A stretch of 43,642 bases of DNA from Paraglomus brasilianum (lineage: Eukaryota). Shown piece by piece: positions 13,148 through 23,970 of the stretch (position 1 is the stretch's first letter; each line of letters starts with the position of its first letter). A program made the translations under genes and the position numbers. A model generated the notes under the pieces. That model was not told the DNA's origin and made no database searches. It saw only the letters and a list, made by a program, of their open reading frames with translations. The stretch lies in the NCBI GenBank assembly GCA_910592345.1, contig CAJVPI010000196.1, positions 1 through 43,642 on the forward strand. Direction: 5' to 3'.

Positions 13148-13821
13148 TCCATCCGCGTTATACAAAATAAAAACAAATTGCTATATTAACTATTCACCTT
13201 AGATATAGAAGCTTTTATTATATCAAATGTTGTTATTGGGTATACAGAAAGATGTAATGGCCCCTGAACTATTGTATTATATTACTAAAAATGATTACTT
13301 TTATTAGTTTAACACCATAATGAATAATTTAGTATTCCATGGACACGACAATCAAAGCGTTTAGTTATCATGGACAAAAGTTAAGATAATGCTATTGGTA
13401 GAGAATGACTGTAGTCTAACAATATACGATTATGAAATATTTAATTTCGCGCTGACGAGCTACAAACGTACACTGTATTCTTGTACACTTGTATCGATAG
13501 CATACGTGCTATAAATAATGTACCTACAGTCCGGACAAGTATGAAGCCGAAAGACTCATCAAAGTCTCGGGCATTCTTTGTACAACAAAAATTATTTGTC
13601 AAATATTGTTTGTGTTACTTCCATTGAACAAAAATATTAATATGGAATTGTGGCGCCCAATCCGTGAATTATTTTCGAGACAGCAGTGTTAGACTAATAA
13701 TAATAAGGTCTTGCATATAAGTGAAATATTTTTGTAGCCTTGTTGGCAACAGCATGCACAGTATTAATAACGATAGACATAAAAAATAGACGACTATCAA
13801 AAAGTCTCTTTTCACCCGACA

Positions 13822-14896
13822 ATGAAGTGGCATATTATAACCTGGTTGCTACTTGGTCTACTTATACTGCCCAAAGCTATAGCATGGACAAAAGGTTGTA
13901 TTGAGTTAGGAACCTCGTATATAAGTAAGATTGATCCGGGTAATTTTAACCTAACAATATATTGTTCCTATAGAGGATTACGAAATATTTGATCTTGTTG
14001 ATGAACTAGAAACAGAAGAGGGGGAAGAAACGACCTTTTACTCATGGCTTGGACTAGAGCCAACAGCAACCGAAAAAGAAATCAGTAAAGCTTACCGGAA
14101 ACTATATTTGCAGCTACAGTATGTTCCAATTAACAAATATATTTGTTGCCTCACAGTCGGCTATGTTCGGATAATCGACTAACATGTATCCATGCATCAC
14201 ACTTGTATCGATTAACATCCGCAATGTATATACAGTCCAGACAAGAATCCTGATGCTAGAAGCAATGAAAAGTTTGCTCGACTTGGTTTAATTGCAGGCA
14301 TTCTTCGTAATCCAGAGTCGAAAGAACGATACGATTGGTTCTTGAAAAATGGTGTTCCTCGATGGCGCGGAACCGGTTATTATTACAGTCGATATCAACC
14401 AGGATTGTTAACAGTGTTGGCTTTTCTCGTTGTCTTAGTTTCCACAGTCCAATACATAGTATTCTGGATCACTTTCGTACAGGATAAGAAACGCATTCGA
14501 TATTACATCCATAGAGCAAGAGAGATTGCATGGGGCAAGACCATGAAGAAACAAATGACGACGAAAAGAGTGACAGTAAATGATGTTCAGTTTTATGTAT
14601 ACCCGGATTATGTTGCGCTTTCGAATGAAGATGGACGAGTCAAGTTGGATGAGAATGACGTCTCTAAACCGAGAATATTTGACGTCTTTGTATTCGCAAT
14701 ATTCAAATGGCTATTCACGATTATCTTTGGTAAAGTTTTTCGGAAGAACGAAAAGGAGATGGAAGACAGTAAGGAAAATGATAGCACTAACGAGGGGGGA
14801 GAGTCGTTTTCGAGTGATGATGAGCAGAGTTCTCAAAGTGAACCAAAACGGCGGGTGAGATCTAGAAATAAAAAAGGACGTAGAGCAAGGAATTAA
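13822..14896 (+). CDS. ERJ5: ER membrane J-domain protein Erj5-like
   Basis: Exons 13822-13894, 13974-14118 and 14236-14896. Signal peptide, then WTKEDYEIFDLVDEL, a J-domain with HPDKN, RYDWFLKNGVPRWRGTGYYYSRY, a TM helix and a basic tail. Confidence 0.88.
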
Positions 14897-15381
14897 GTAG
14901 ATTAGCAGAACACATGATTAATGGTCAATAATGACATATTAATACGATAACAAAATAGAGACATTGAACGTGTTACCACTGTAATTGGTTGATATAGATG
15001 CAATCTAAAATTAAATCGACACTGTTTTTGTTAGAACAACAAATTCGATAACGACAAGTAAATGCATGATTCATTGTTAGAACGTGGCGATTGCGTGCTT
15101 TGCGCATAATTGTGGATGACCTGTCCCTCATGTTATAGGGGTTAAATGGCAATTCTATTTCGTGCGTTGGCAGTCATTTATATGAATTGCCAAACAAGTT
15201 CTATTCGCGTCTTTGATTATTTCCGCAAATATTATTTTACAACAATAATAGTCACATGAATGCTTTCTGTGGTACATTATGATGGAACCACCTGACCTGC
15301 GCTTAAAAATAACTTTGTTGCCCGTTTCCCCCACCCATAATCCTTTTTAACTAATTTTAACCGCTAGCGAAAAATGTTACA

Positions 15382-17912
15382 ATGACGTCGCGCGGAGCTT
15401 CACCACACTCGATTACAGAATCTCTCAGTTTACCGACTTCGTCTAAACGCGAATGGCTGGATATCGGTATCAAAAGGGGATATATACGCAAAATTTCCTT
15501 TAGCCAATTTGAGAACACTAGCCTGCTTTGTAGAGGAGGGTTCGCCACCATATATAAAGCTTATTGGAAACAAGCTGGCAAAGAAGTAGCATTGAAGTGT
15601 TGTCATGCTGCTCATAACGAGGAAGTTGCAATCAATGAGTTTGTCAATGAGGTAAGGGCTGGCCTGGGTTGGGCTGGAGCTTGAGTCAATGTGTGCAATG
15701 AGTTTCCGATAAAGAGTATGTTTTTTAGCATGAATTTGAATTCGAGTTATAAAAGGTGTAATATAAATTTCTTTTTTCTCTTTAGCTCAAATTAATTAGA
15801 GACGTTGATTACTGCGACTATGTCGTTAAACTCTATGGAATTACCCATGGTATGTGGCAATTGAGAGTCAATCATGAGACGAAGTTATGAAGAATTTTTG
15901 TTTTCTTTGTCGATTTTTGTTCCTTTTAATAATAAGGCCGGAGCAAAACCATCGTTAATCATATCTTTCATGTCTTAGATGATAATGAAGGCAAATATTA
16001 TCTTGTATTACAATATGCCGAGGGCGGAACGCTTAGAGAGTATCTATCTCAGAATTTCGGTACATTGACTTGGCGAGATAAAATAAGATTAGCCAAGGAA
16101 ATTACCATTGCCTTGGTCTCTATTCATAATGCAGAAATATTGCACAGAGATTTGGTATGTATTTCAATATTTATATTTGTGACGATTAGTTAGCATATAC
16201 TGACATCATTTTATCGTTCTCGTCATTAGCATTCGAAGAACGTTTTAATCCATGACAATAAGATTATTGTCGCCGACTATGGTCTCGCCAAATCACTTGA
16301 GGATACCTCAAGTTCAATACAAGGAGGAATGATTGCCTACGCCGACCCGGCTTGGTTGGAAAACAATTCAATTAGCCGGACCAAGGCGTCCGACATATAT
16401 AGCCTGGGTGTTTTGATGTGGGAAATTTCAAGTGGGTGCCAGCCCAATCTAAATACCAAGTCGCCTAATGAGCTGATGAATAAGCTCATTAAGGGTGAAC
16501 GCGAATTACCGATCGAAGGAACCCCAATGGCATATGCGCATCTCTTTCAGGAATGTTGGCAGATTAATCCAACAAAACGTCCATCTGCAGCAGAGGTGCT
16601 ACAAAAATTGATTGAACTTGAACCTGTCATCGATAGCGTTAATAAATACGCTATTCTGAAACTTGGTAAGAACAAGGTGTTTCACATACAAAAAAAATTT
16701 ATTTTTTTTTGATAACTAGTTGACAACAGGAAGATTAATATCCACATATTACTTGTTGCTCGCTCACAGATGATGACCTGCTTAATGATGAAATCCCTGT
16801 ACTTGTGAAGAAACCAAGTCACTGCCATCTCAAAAACGATGAACAACTTTCGAGCGATTCTTGCGATACTGAATACACACCATCGCAATCAGATTCTTCG
16901 TCCGCAGTGAGTATTTATTGTGTGAATTTAAATAAGATTGAGGAAAAAAACAACAACAACAACAAAGTCCATTAACTTGTGTGTATATGATAATTAGGAA
17001 ATCATGCCTCCGGCAAAACGTAATTGTGATAAAACGCTCGAAATATATTCACGCCAGTTCCGTGACAATACAGCAGTGGCTCGTTGTCGTGCTGGTCTTC
17101 ATGCTGGATTTGGGGATGCATCAGGTTTACTTTACCACCTTGATCAGAACGAAGATGTCAACGGAAGCTATAGGTTTAATGGACAGTTCTGTCCGCTGCT
17201 TATACTCACGGCCAGATTCTGCCCGGCAAAAAAAATTGCCGATGTTCTGAAGGTCCTCAAGCGCTACAATGTGCTTGTGGAAATACAGGACGAAAAGAAC
17301 AATACGGCCTTACATTGGCTAGCAGAGAATAGCAGTCTAGTAAGGAATTCAGCTAGTGCCAGAGATTCAAACACTCAAGACTACCTTAAATTGGCCGTGG
17401 AATGGCTAATAGCGGAGGGCATTGACGTAAATGCCCAGAATAAGCATGGACGTACTGCACTCTCGTGGTTTGTAGAGAAGGAGATTCCTCAAGCTGTGGA
17501 TTCATTGCTTCGGCTTGGGGCAGACCCTAACATTCCTGATCATATGGGTTATACTCCCCTTCACCGTATTTTGAACTTTGAGTATCGACAATACCATGTC
17601 GAAAACCTGGAGATAGTTAGAATATTACTGGAGAACAAGGCCAATCCTAACTTATCGACAAGACATGACTCAGGGATGTATTATCCCAACTGCTTGTTTA
17701 TTGCCGTTCATAGGAATTGGCCCCATGATATATTACAAGTGCTAATGGATCGCAAGGCCAACCCACAGGCACACACATCCGAAGGTCTTGATCTATACGC
17801 GTATGCACTAAAGAGACGCAATAGTAAGGCTGTTAGATGGATGAAGGAGAATGTCCCTGATCTAGCTTTTGCAGACAATAGAGATAACGACACAAACGGC
17901 TGGAACCGATGA
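15382..17912 (+). CDS. Tyrosine-kinase-like protein kinase fused to C-terminal ankyrin repeats
   Basis: Exons ~15382-15651, 15786-15849, 15979-16154, 16230-16665, 16770-16906 and 16998-17912 splice in frame. Kinase motifs: RGGFATIY, VALK, HRDLHSKN, DYG, YADP, SDIYSLG. Ankyrin motifs: NTALHWLA, GRTALSW, GYTPLH. Confidence 0.85.
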
Positions 17913-18200
17913 CACGCATGGCATGGATGACATGGATGACATGGATGACGCAGATGAGATAATGACACGGGTGACAGGATATCTATGCGGAGGAAGACGT
18001 GAATTTCTTTTATTTAAATTAAACACGTTCCTTAAATAAATCTTAACAACAATACATACATATACATACATATAATATTAAACGATGAAGTGAGCGATAC
18101 TCACGTTTGTGATCTAATCAGTGTGTTTACTAAGTTAATTGCTATCCCTTAGTTTAAAACATATGATATGACACATCTATTAGCACGATACATTTTTTGT

Positions 18201-19856
18201 TTATAATTCCACATGTTCACTTCCTTTCGTATTTTTGCTTGGTTTAAAATATTTTTTTAGTTCTAAAAATTATAAATTGTACACATATTTTAGTAAACTG
18301 GATCGTCGGTTTGGTGTAATTAACTATATATATAATAAATAATAAATAAACATACCCTCTTTGACAGGAGCACTCACGGCTTTTGGAAAATCCACCGAAA
18401 ATCGGATATAAAGGTCACCCTTCTTATTATTACCCTTATATTTGGGCATCCCTTCTCCTTTTAATTTCTCCACGAAATCACAGGGAGTGACCGCATCCCG
18501 CCGTACAGGCACTTTCCTCCCATCAAGATGTGTGATATCTGATTCAAATCCAATCAATGACTGCAAATTGCATACACAAGTAGGTATGGTAAAGTTTCGT
18601 CATACTATTAGTATCCAAGATATAAAGGAAAGGAGGCAACAGGTTTTTAAGCAAAACGGGCAATATTACCTCTAATAATGTAATCGTTTTCTCAGTATAC
18701 AAATCATCTCCTTTACGAGTAAATACAGGATTGGGCACCATCTTTAATGTAAATATTACGTCTCCTGGGACAGTCTCTGGCGCTTCATCCGCTTCCTTAT
18801 CAAATACCTAAAAATCGACAAAACGTTCAATAGTTAGTCATAATGAACCACCACGATTAGGTGTATTTATAAATCACCCTGTATTAATAAGACAGTCACA
18901 TACGATTTCCTCCCCATCTGGCATTCCCCTCTCGACAGTGACTGTGAGTTGTTCGTTCTGCCGTTGAACTTTTTTTCCTTTACAAAGAGGACATTTTGTT
19001 TTTATGATTTTCCCTCTTCCTTCACACACTTCACATCTGATTATTAAAATATTCAATTTAGCTATAATATTTAATAATAAAAAAAAGAGTATATAGAAAG
19101 AAAGGCAAATTCTCTCACGTTGTCTGCATTTGAAGAATACCACCTCCACCCATTTTTTGAGTAACTAGCTTGACCCCACGTCCGTTGCAAGATGAACAGA
19201 CCACAATGTCATTAGCCGATTTGGCACCATTTCCACCGCAATGTGAGCATATAGTCTGCTTCGATATATCAACATTAATCTCTGTCCCGAGATACAATTC
19301 TTTTAATTCGACTTCCAAGTCCATGTTTATATTAGGTCCTTTTGTTTCTTCAGGATCAGTTCGAGAGCGACGACCTCCACCAAAAAATCTTTCAAATATG
19401 TCAAATGGATTATGAAACTCTTGGGCGTTCCCCTTGAGTCCTTCTTCACCATATCGATCATACGTTGCACGTTTCTCATCATCTGATAATACTTCATAAG
19501 CTATTTGATATATTGCGAGGATGATCAAAAGGTTGTGAACGCCAGATCAGATCATCGGATTAAGAAAATCTATCGTATTAACGTCAGGACGGGTAGTTCG
19601 TCAACAATCTATCACTCCTGCTACCCTGTTTACCTTGAGCCAATTGTACAAACTTCTCCTCAGCTTCTTTATCGCCAGGGTTCTTGTCAGGGTGATATTT
19701 CTTTGATAATTGTTTATATTTTTTCTTAATCTCTCTACTTGTTGAGTCCTTTCTGACACCCAAAATCGCATAATAGTCTTCTCCGCATAAGACAAGCTCC
19801 GTAAATAATATTAGCAGGCTTAAACTCCACCATATGGAAGAGAATGTTAACCGCAT
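18201..19856 (-). CDS. SCJ1: ER-lumenal type I DnaJ (Scj1/ERdj3-like)
   Basis: Exons 19856-19634, 19500-19119, 19036-18904, 18807-18670, 18560-18356 and 18262-18201. Signal peptide, J-domain HPDKN, four CxxCxGxG-type zinc motifs, C-terminal domain and terminal HVEL. Confidence 0.9.
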
Positions 19857-20552
19857 TTTTGGAATAGAGTTGAAATGATTGTTTAGGCATTGCGTTGTAA
19901 TGTAAGCTTTTTTCATGTGTTGGAAGACTCTGATTGGATGTTGATATTTATCACGTGAATGATAAATTACTACTAACTCTAAATGGACAAGATTGCGATG
20001 CACCGAATGTATTGTCCCGCAAAATGCTTCCTTTTTTGATAGGTTATAATGTATCGTTTTTTGACAGATCTGCAGTGCTACCAAATCATCTGGCCGAAAG
20101 CGCAATAATGATGATCCAATAGACTTATGCCAGGTTGACTAAAATTCAAATTAGGTTTTTTCTGCCCAAATTGGCCAAACTTTCTACTTTTTTGTGGGAC
20201 TTGATCCTTGTGACCCAACAAAGCACTCTTAAATACCCGGGTAATTGCGGTGACGCGACTGAAATGGTTTAACCAAAGTACCTTAATCTCCCCGAATAAC
20301 AACAGGGAGCTTATTAATAAACATTGTTTATTTGTACTGCGGATTGTAAAGGATTATAATGTTTGACTATATGAGCTAAAAATGGCTGATGTGGCTGAAA
20401 GTAAACTAATTTGACTATGACATTTTGGCTGTGACTTGTGCACAAATTTATGAGTTGCATTTTTAATTACTGACATTATCATTATAAATCACAACACATT
20501 TAATATAGTAATAGGGCTATCTCTTTTACTATTACTATATAAAATAAAAACA

Positions 20553-21215
20553 TGGCTTGATTCTTCGAAGACGCGAAATCAATTTTAGTCGTTAATCACA
20601 AACAAACAACTCAACAACCAGGAATCCAATGCTTATGAAACTCACATACTTGTTAATGACAACTGTCGCTAATGTGTGTGCAAAAAATTGACACTGAATA
20701 TTAAGTACGATTTGAATTTGACTATACCGATTGGCTTTGATTCTTCAAAGGTGAAAAAGTATCAAATAATCTATGCCATCCAAGACTTCTATTTTTGTGA
20801 ATTAGGGGAAAGGAATCTTCATGTCGGAAACATACATGAGCGATGAATTCACGCGAGTCAAATTTAACCATTCGAGGCGTTTTACCTTTATTGCAAGAGA
20901 CGCGAAATCAAATTTCATCACAAACAACTCAACAACCAAGAATCCAATGCTCATGAAATTCACGTACTTGTTAATGACGACTGTTGTCAGTGTGTGTGCA
21001 AAAAATTGACACAGAATATTAAATATGATTTGAATATGATAAACGGCTGGCTTGATTCTTCAAAGACGCGAAATCAATTTTCGTCCTCAATCACTAACAA
21101 CTCGATAACGAAATGCTCATGAAATTCACACATTTATTAATGATAATGATAACCGTTGTCAATGTGTGTGCACAAATTGATACAAGTACAATTTGAATTT
21201 GATTATACCGATTGG
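20553..21215 (+). repeat. Three imperfect tandem copies of a ~165-200 bp unit, each with a signal-peptide-like mini-ORF
   Basis: Units share GACGCGAAATCAA...ATGCTYATGAAA...GTGTGTGCA...GATTTGAAT. Mini-ORFs at 20629-20691, 20947-21009 and 21113-21196. Confidence 0.85.
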
Positions 21216-22377
21216 ACTGACAATTCCAGTCAACGTCTCAGTACATATGTCAATTGATGAATAACATACTATAATTCTACTGGTTGGATATGTAAACGGG
21301 AAGATTGAAGCAATATTATTTATTTTGACAATACGTGATATTCCACAGAACTATAAAAAATATAGCATTGAAAATACAAAAACTTTTGTATTGTTTTTAC
21401 AATTTATCAAGTATTGTCTTAAACAATTAATTTAAATACCAATTGACACGCCTTCGATTAAGAAATTATGTCAGCGGTATAATTGTAAATTGCTCGACAT
21501 GCGCAAATCTCGTTTGCTAATTAACCCACTGGACAATTATACAGACGGTATTTCTTGCGGTTATGTGTATAATTATTATCGAGGGTTTCTGTCAAGAAAT
21601 ACTACATGATCTTAACTGTTCCATGTACTTCTTTTTGGCAGATATTACTCTCCAGAACATTTTAACTTCATCACTTTCTAATATCTTTTGTGTTAGCTGT
21701 TTCATAAACAACTATATTTCTTCTCCAGCTTGCAATTCCAATCCCTCCGTCAGATACCGTGTTTCTTGTCGGACTTCGACGGCACCGGTTTCTTCTTTCA
21801 AAGCTAAATTAGCCTTTTTATGTCTTCAACTATCGTTTTTTTATGCGATAGTTTCATCGGATAAGGGCATGCATTTGCCTCCTGGCGTGCTGCGGGACTA
21901 AAGTCAGAAGCCACAAGTATGCTGTAGTGGCATCATCGCTGTATGTATACCAGTTATAAAAGCTCAAAGTTATTCGGCACAGAGAAACTTGTTGTTTGTC
22001 TTGTCCTCTCTAACTCTAGATCTAACTCTAGACGTTGCTATTCATTGTTGATACCCTCTGCCTCGATGTTGTTACAGCACAAGCAATGGTTCTAGGCAAA
22101 AAGGGGTAAGTTTATGAACAAAAGAAAGACTTGGAAGGTCAAAATTGCAGTTGCCAACTCTACGTAGTCATCTTCTGTGGGATATCGGGATGCTTAGTTG
22201 ATGCAAGCGGATCACAACGGACAAGCTGACCACAGCAAGCAGATTTACGTTGGGATCATCTCCAAGTTGTATGGATTTCACTCCTTCTGGAAGTCTCCCA
22301 TACTGCTTATTATTATAGCAGGCCATAACGGCACCCTTTCACTAACGTTAACCAAAAAGTCCCAAAGTCAATCGGCT

Positions 22378-22460
22378 AACGATACATATAGAGAGTGGTT
22401 AGCTAAGAGTATCCAGGAAGGCTTTATCAAACACTATCCAGAAGATGACATTATACCCAC
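22378..22460 (+). pseudogene. N-terminal fragment of a TKL-kinase-type gene
   Basis: DTYREWLAKSIQEGFIKHYPEDDI matches the pre-kinase motif seen in this window's kinase (REWLDIGIKRGYIRKI). No kinase domain follows. Confidence 0.45.
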
Positions 22461-22740
22461 CTCCCTTGATTCTTGCTGATATTGCTGATTGACATTACGC
22501 AGTTCTCCTCCTCCTTAAAGGGTAGATGCCCACCGTAGTTGTCCACTTTCAGTTCCTTCTAAAGTTTATCGGCTTTCTTTGAAAGTAGAATGTGAAATCA
22601 TTTCGTTGTATCGCGTGGCACGCGGTAAAGTTACACGATTAGCGCTAATTATTCCAAAATTAGATCGTAAATTCCACGTGACAATAAGAAGGTTAAATTT
22701 TGTGACAGTATTGGGAGACCCTTTTCATCTGGATGGCATA

Positions 22741-23237
22741 ATGAGACAGCAATTTGTGGGAGTGGTTGTAGGAACAGCCATGCAACTGACAGCGAAAGTG
22801 CGAGTTGCTAGCCAGAGAGTACATCCTATTGTACACAAAGTGAGTTTACTAACGATATGATGGTTATATTCTACATTACTATGTACATTGTTAATAGCCA
22901 CTCCTCGCCAATGTCATACTGATTATTACAAAATAGTTTTTCCTCTTGGTACTAATTTAGTATTAACAGCACTTACGCCATTCTTGTAGTTAGTAACAAA
23001 ACATAAGAATATCCTTGCGCATGATGCTGAACAAGTATGCTCTGTGGGCGATGTTGTAAGAATCGAGGCTTGCAGACCAATAAGTAAGAGAAAAACGTTC
23101 AAAGTTTTAGAGATCATAAGGTAATTAATACGAGATAATGGTTCGCATACTGTTTCAGAATGTTTTACGACTTTATGTTATTTCATAGACGTGCTAAAAC
23201 GTGGACTGATCCTGACAACGAAGAAGTCAAGCGATAA
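22741..23237 (+). CDS. MRPS17: Mitochondrial ribosomal protein uS17m
   Basis: Exons 22741-22839, 22990-23120 and 23189-23237 encode MRQQFVGVVVGTAMQLTAKVRV...HKNILAHDAEQVCSVGDVVRIEACRPISKRKTF, the S17 signature. Confidence 0.9.
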
Positions 23238-23512
23238 TCCCAGATCCACTGTACATTCGGTTTGATTTAAAAGGCTGTTTATATTAATAAAGTTCTTTGT
23301 TACTAATCAATTTAAAGGTTCTACCTTGACTATTTCTTTACAGTAATCAGCTGAAACTACTGTCATCACTTATTGGATTCAGATCGATGATAGACGGATA
23401 ATACGATTAAAAGTTTTATGGACATAAATTCGCAAATGACGTATAAAAAAATGCTGTTTAGTTGTCCTGCATGAAATCAATGTGTTGGCAGTTGGATGTC
23501 ATATTGCCAGTC

Positions 23513-23970
23513 TCAGCCACCCAGTCGTCTTCCATCCAACCTCTTGTGAATAATATCACCATCAAAGCCGTAAATCGTCTTCCCTCTTCTCTTCAACGCT
23601 AATAACACCTCCATCACCGTCACCGTCTTTTTCTTCTCGTATTCACAATATGTAACTACGTCCCTAAGTGTCTCTGTAAGGAAATGTCTCAAAGCATGCC
23701 TGGCTTCTTCATAGATCCCGGCTGAGATACGCTTAACACCTCCTCTTCGGGCCAACCGCCTAATAGCAGGTCTGGTTATCCCCTTTATATTTTCACGTAG
23801 TAGTTTCTATAGGGTAACAGAGTCATTTAATGATTATTGACGAACTTGACTTCACCAAAAGCCAGAAATTGAATTGATTGATTACTAACCCTATGTCGCT
23901 TCAATACAGCCTTTCCCTTGCCTAAGCCTTTTCCTGCGTATAGTACCCTCTTTTTAGTCCGTCCAGACAT
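23513..23970 (-). CDS. Divergent histone H4 variant (124 aa)
   Basis: Exons 23970-23890 and 23806-23513 encode [55 protein letters not shown]...[19 protein letters not shown]. Confidence 0.92.

Noticed and set aside
17921..17950. CATGGATGA x3 downstream of the kinase-ankyrin stop codon
   Set aside because: A simple 9-bp slippage repeat in a 3' UTR. The antisense ORF it creates has no support.
20629..21009. Mini-ORFs ending in CAKN* as CaaX lipopeptide pheromone precursors
   Set aside because: CAKN is a poor CaaX box, copy 3 lacks it, and a 1-nt shift converts it into a signal-peptide cleavage site followed by a conserved downstream reading.
21590..21860. Possible MATA-HMG box remnant on the minus strand (ESDEVK/FWRVISAKKKYMEQ)
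   Set aside because: Only a weak partial similarity that needs frameshifts, and the N-terminal RP.N.F motif is not visible.
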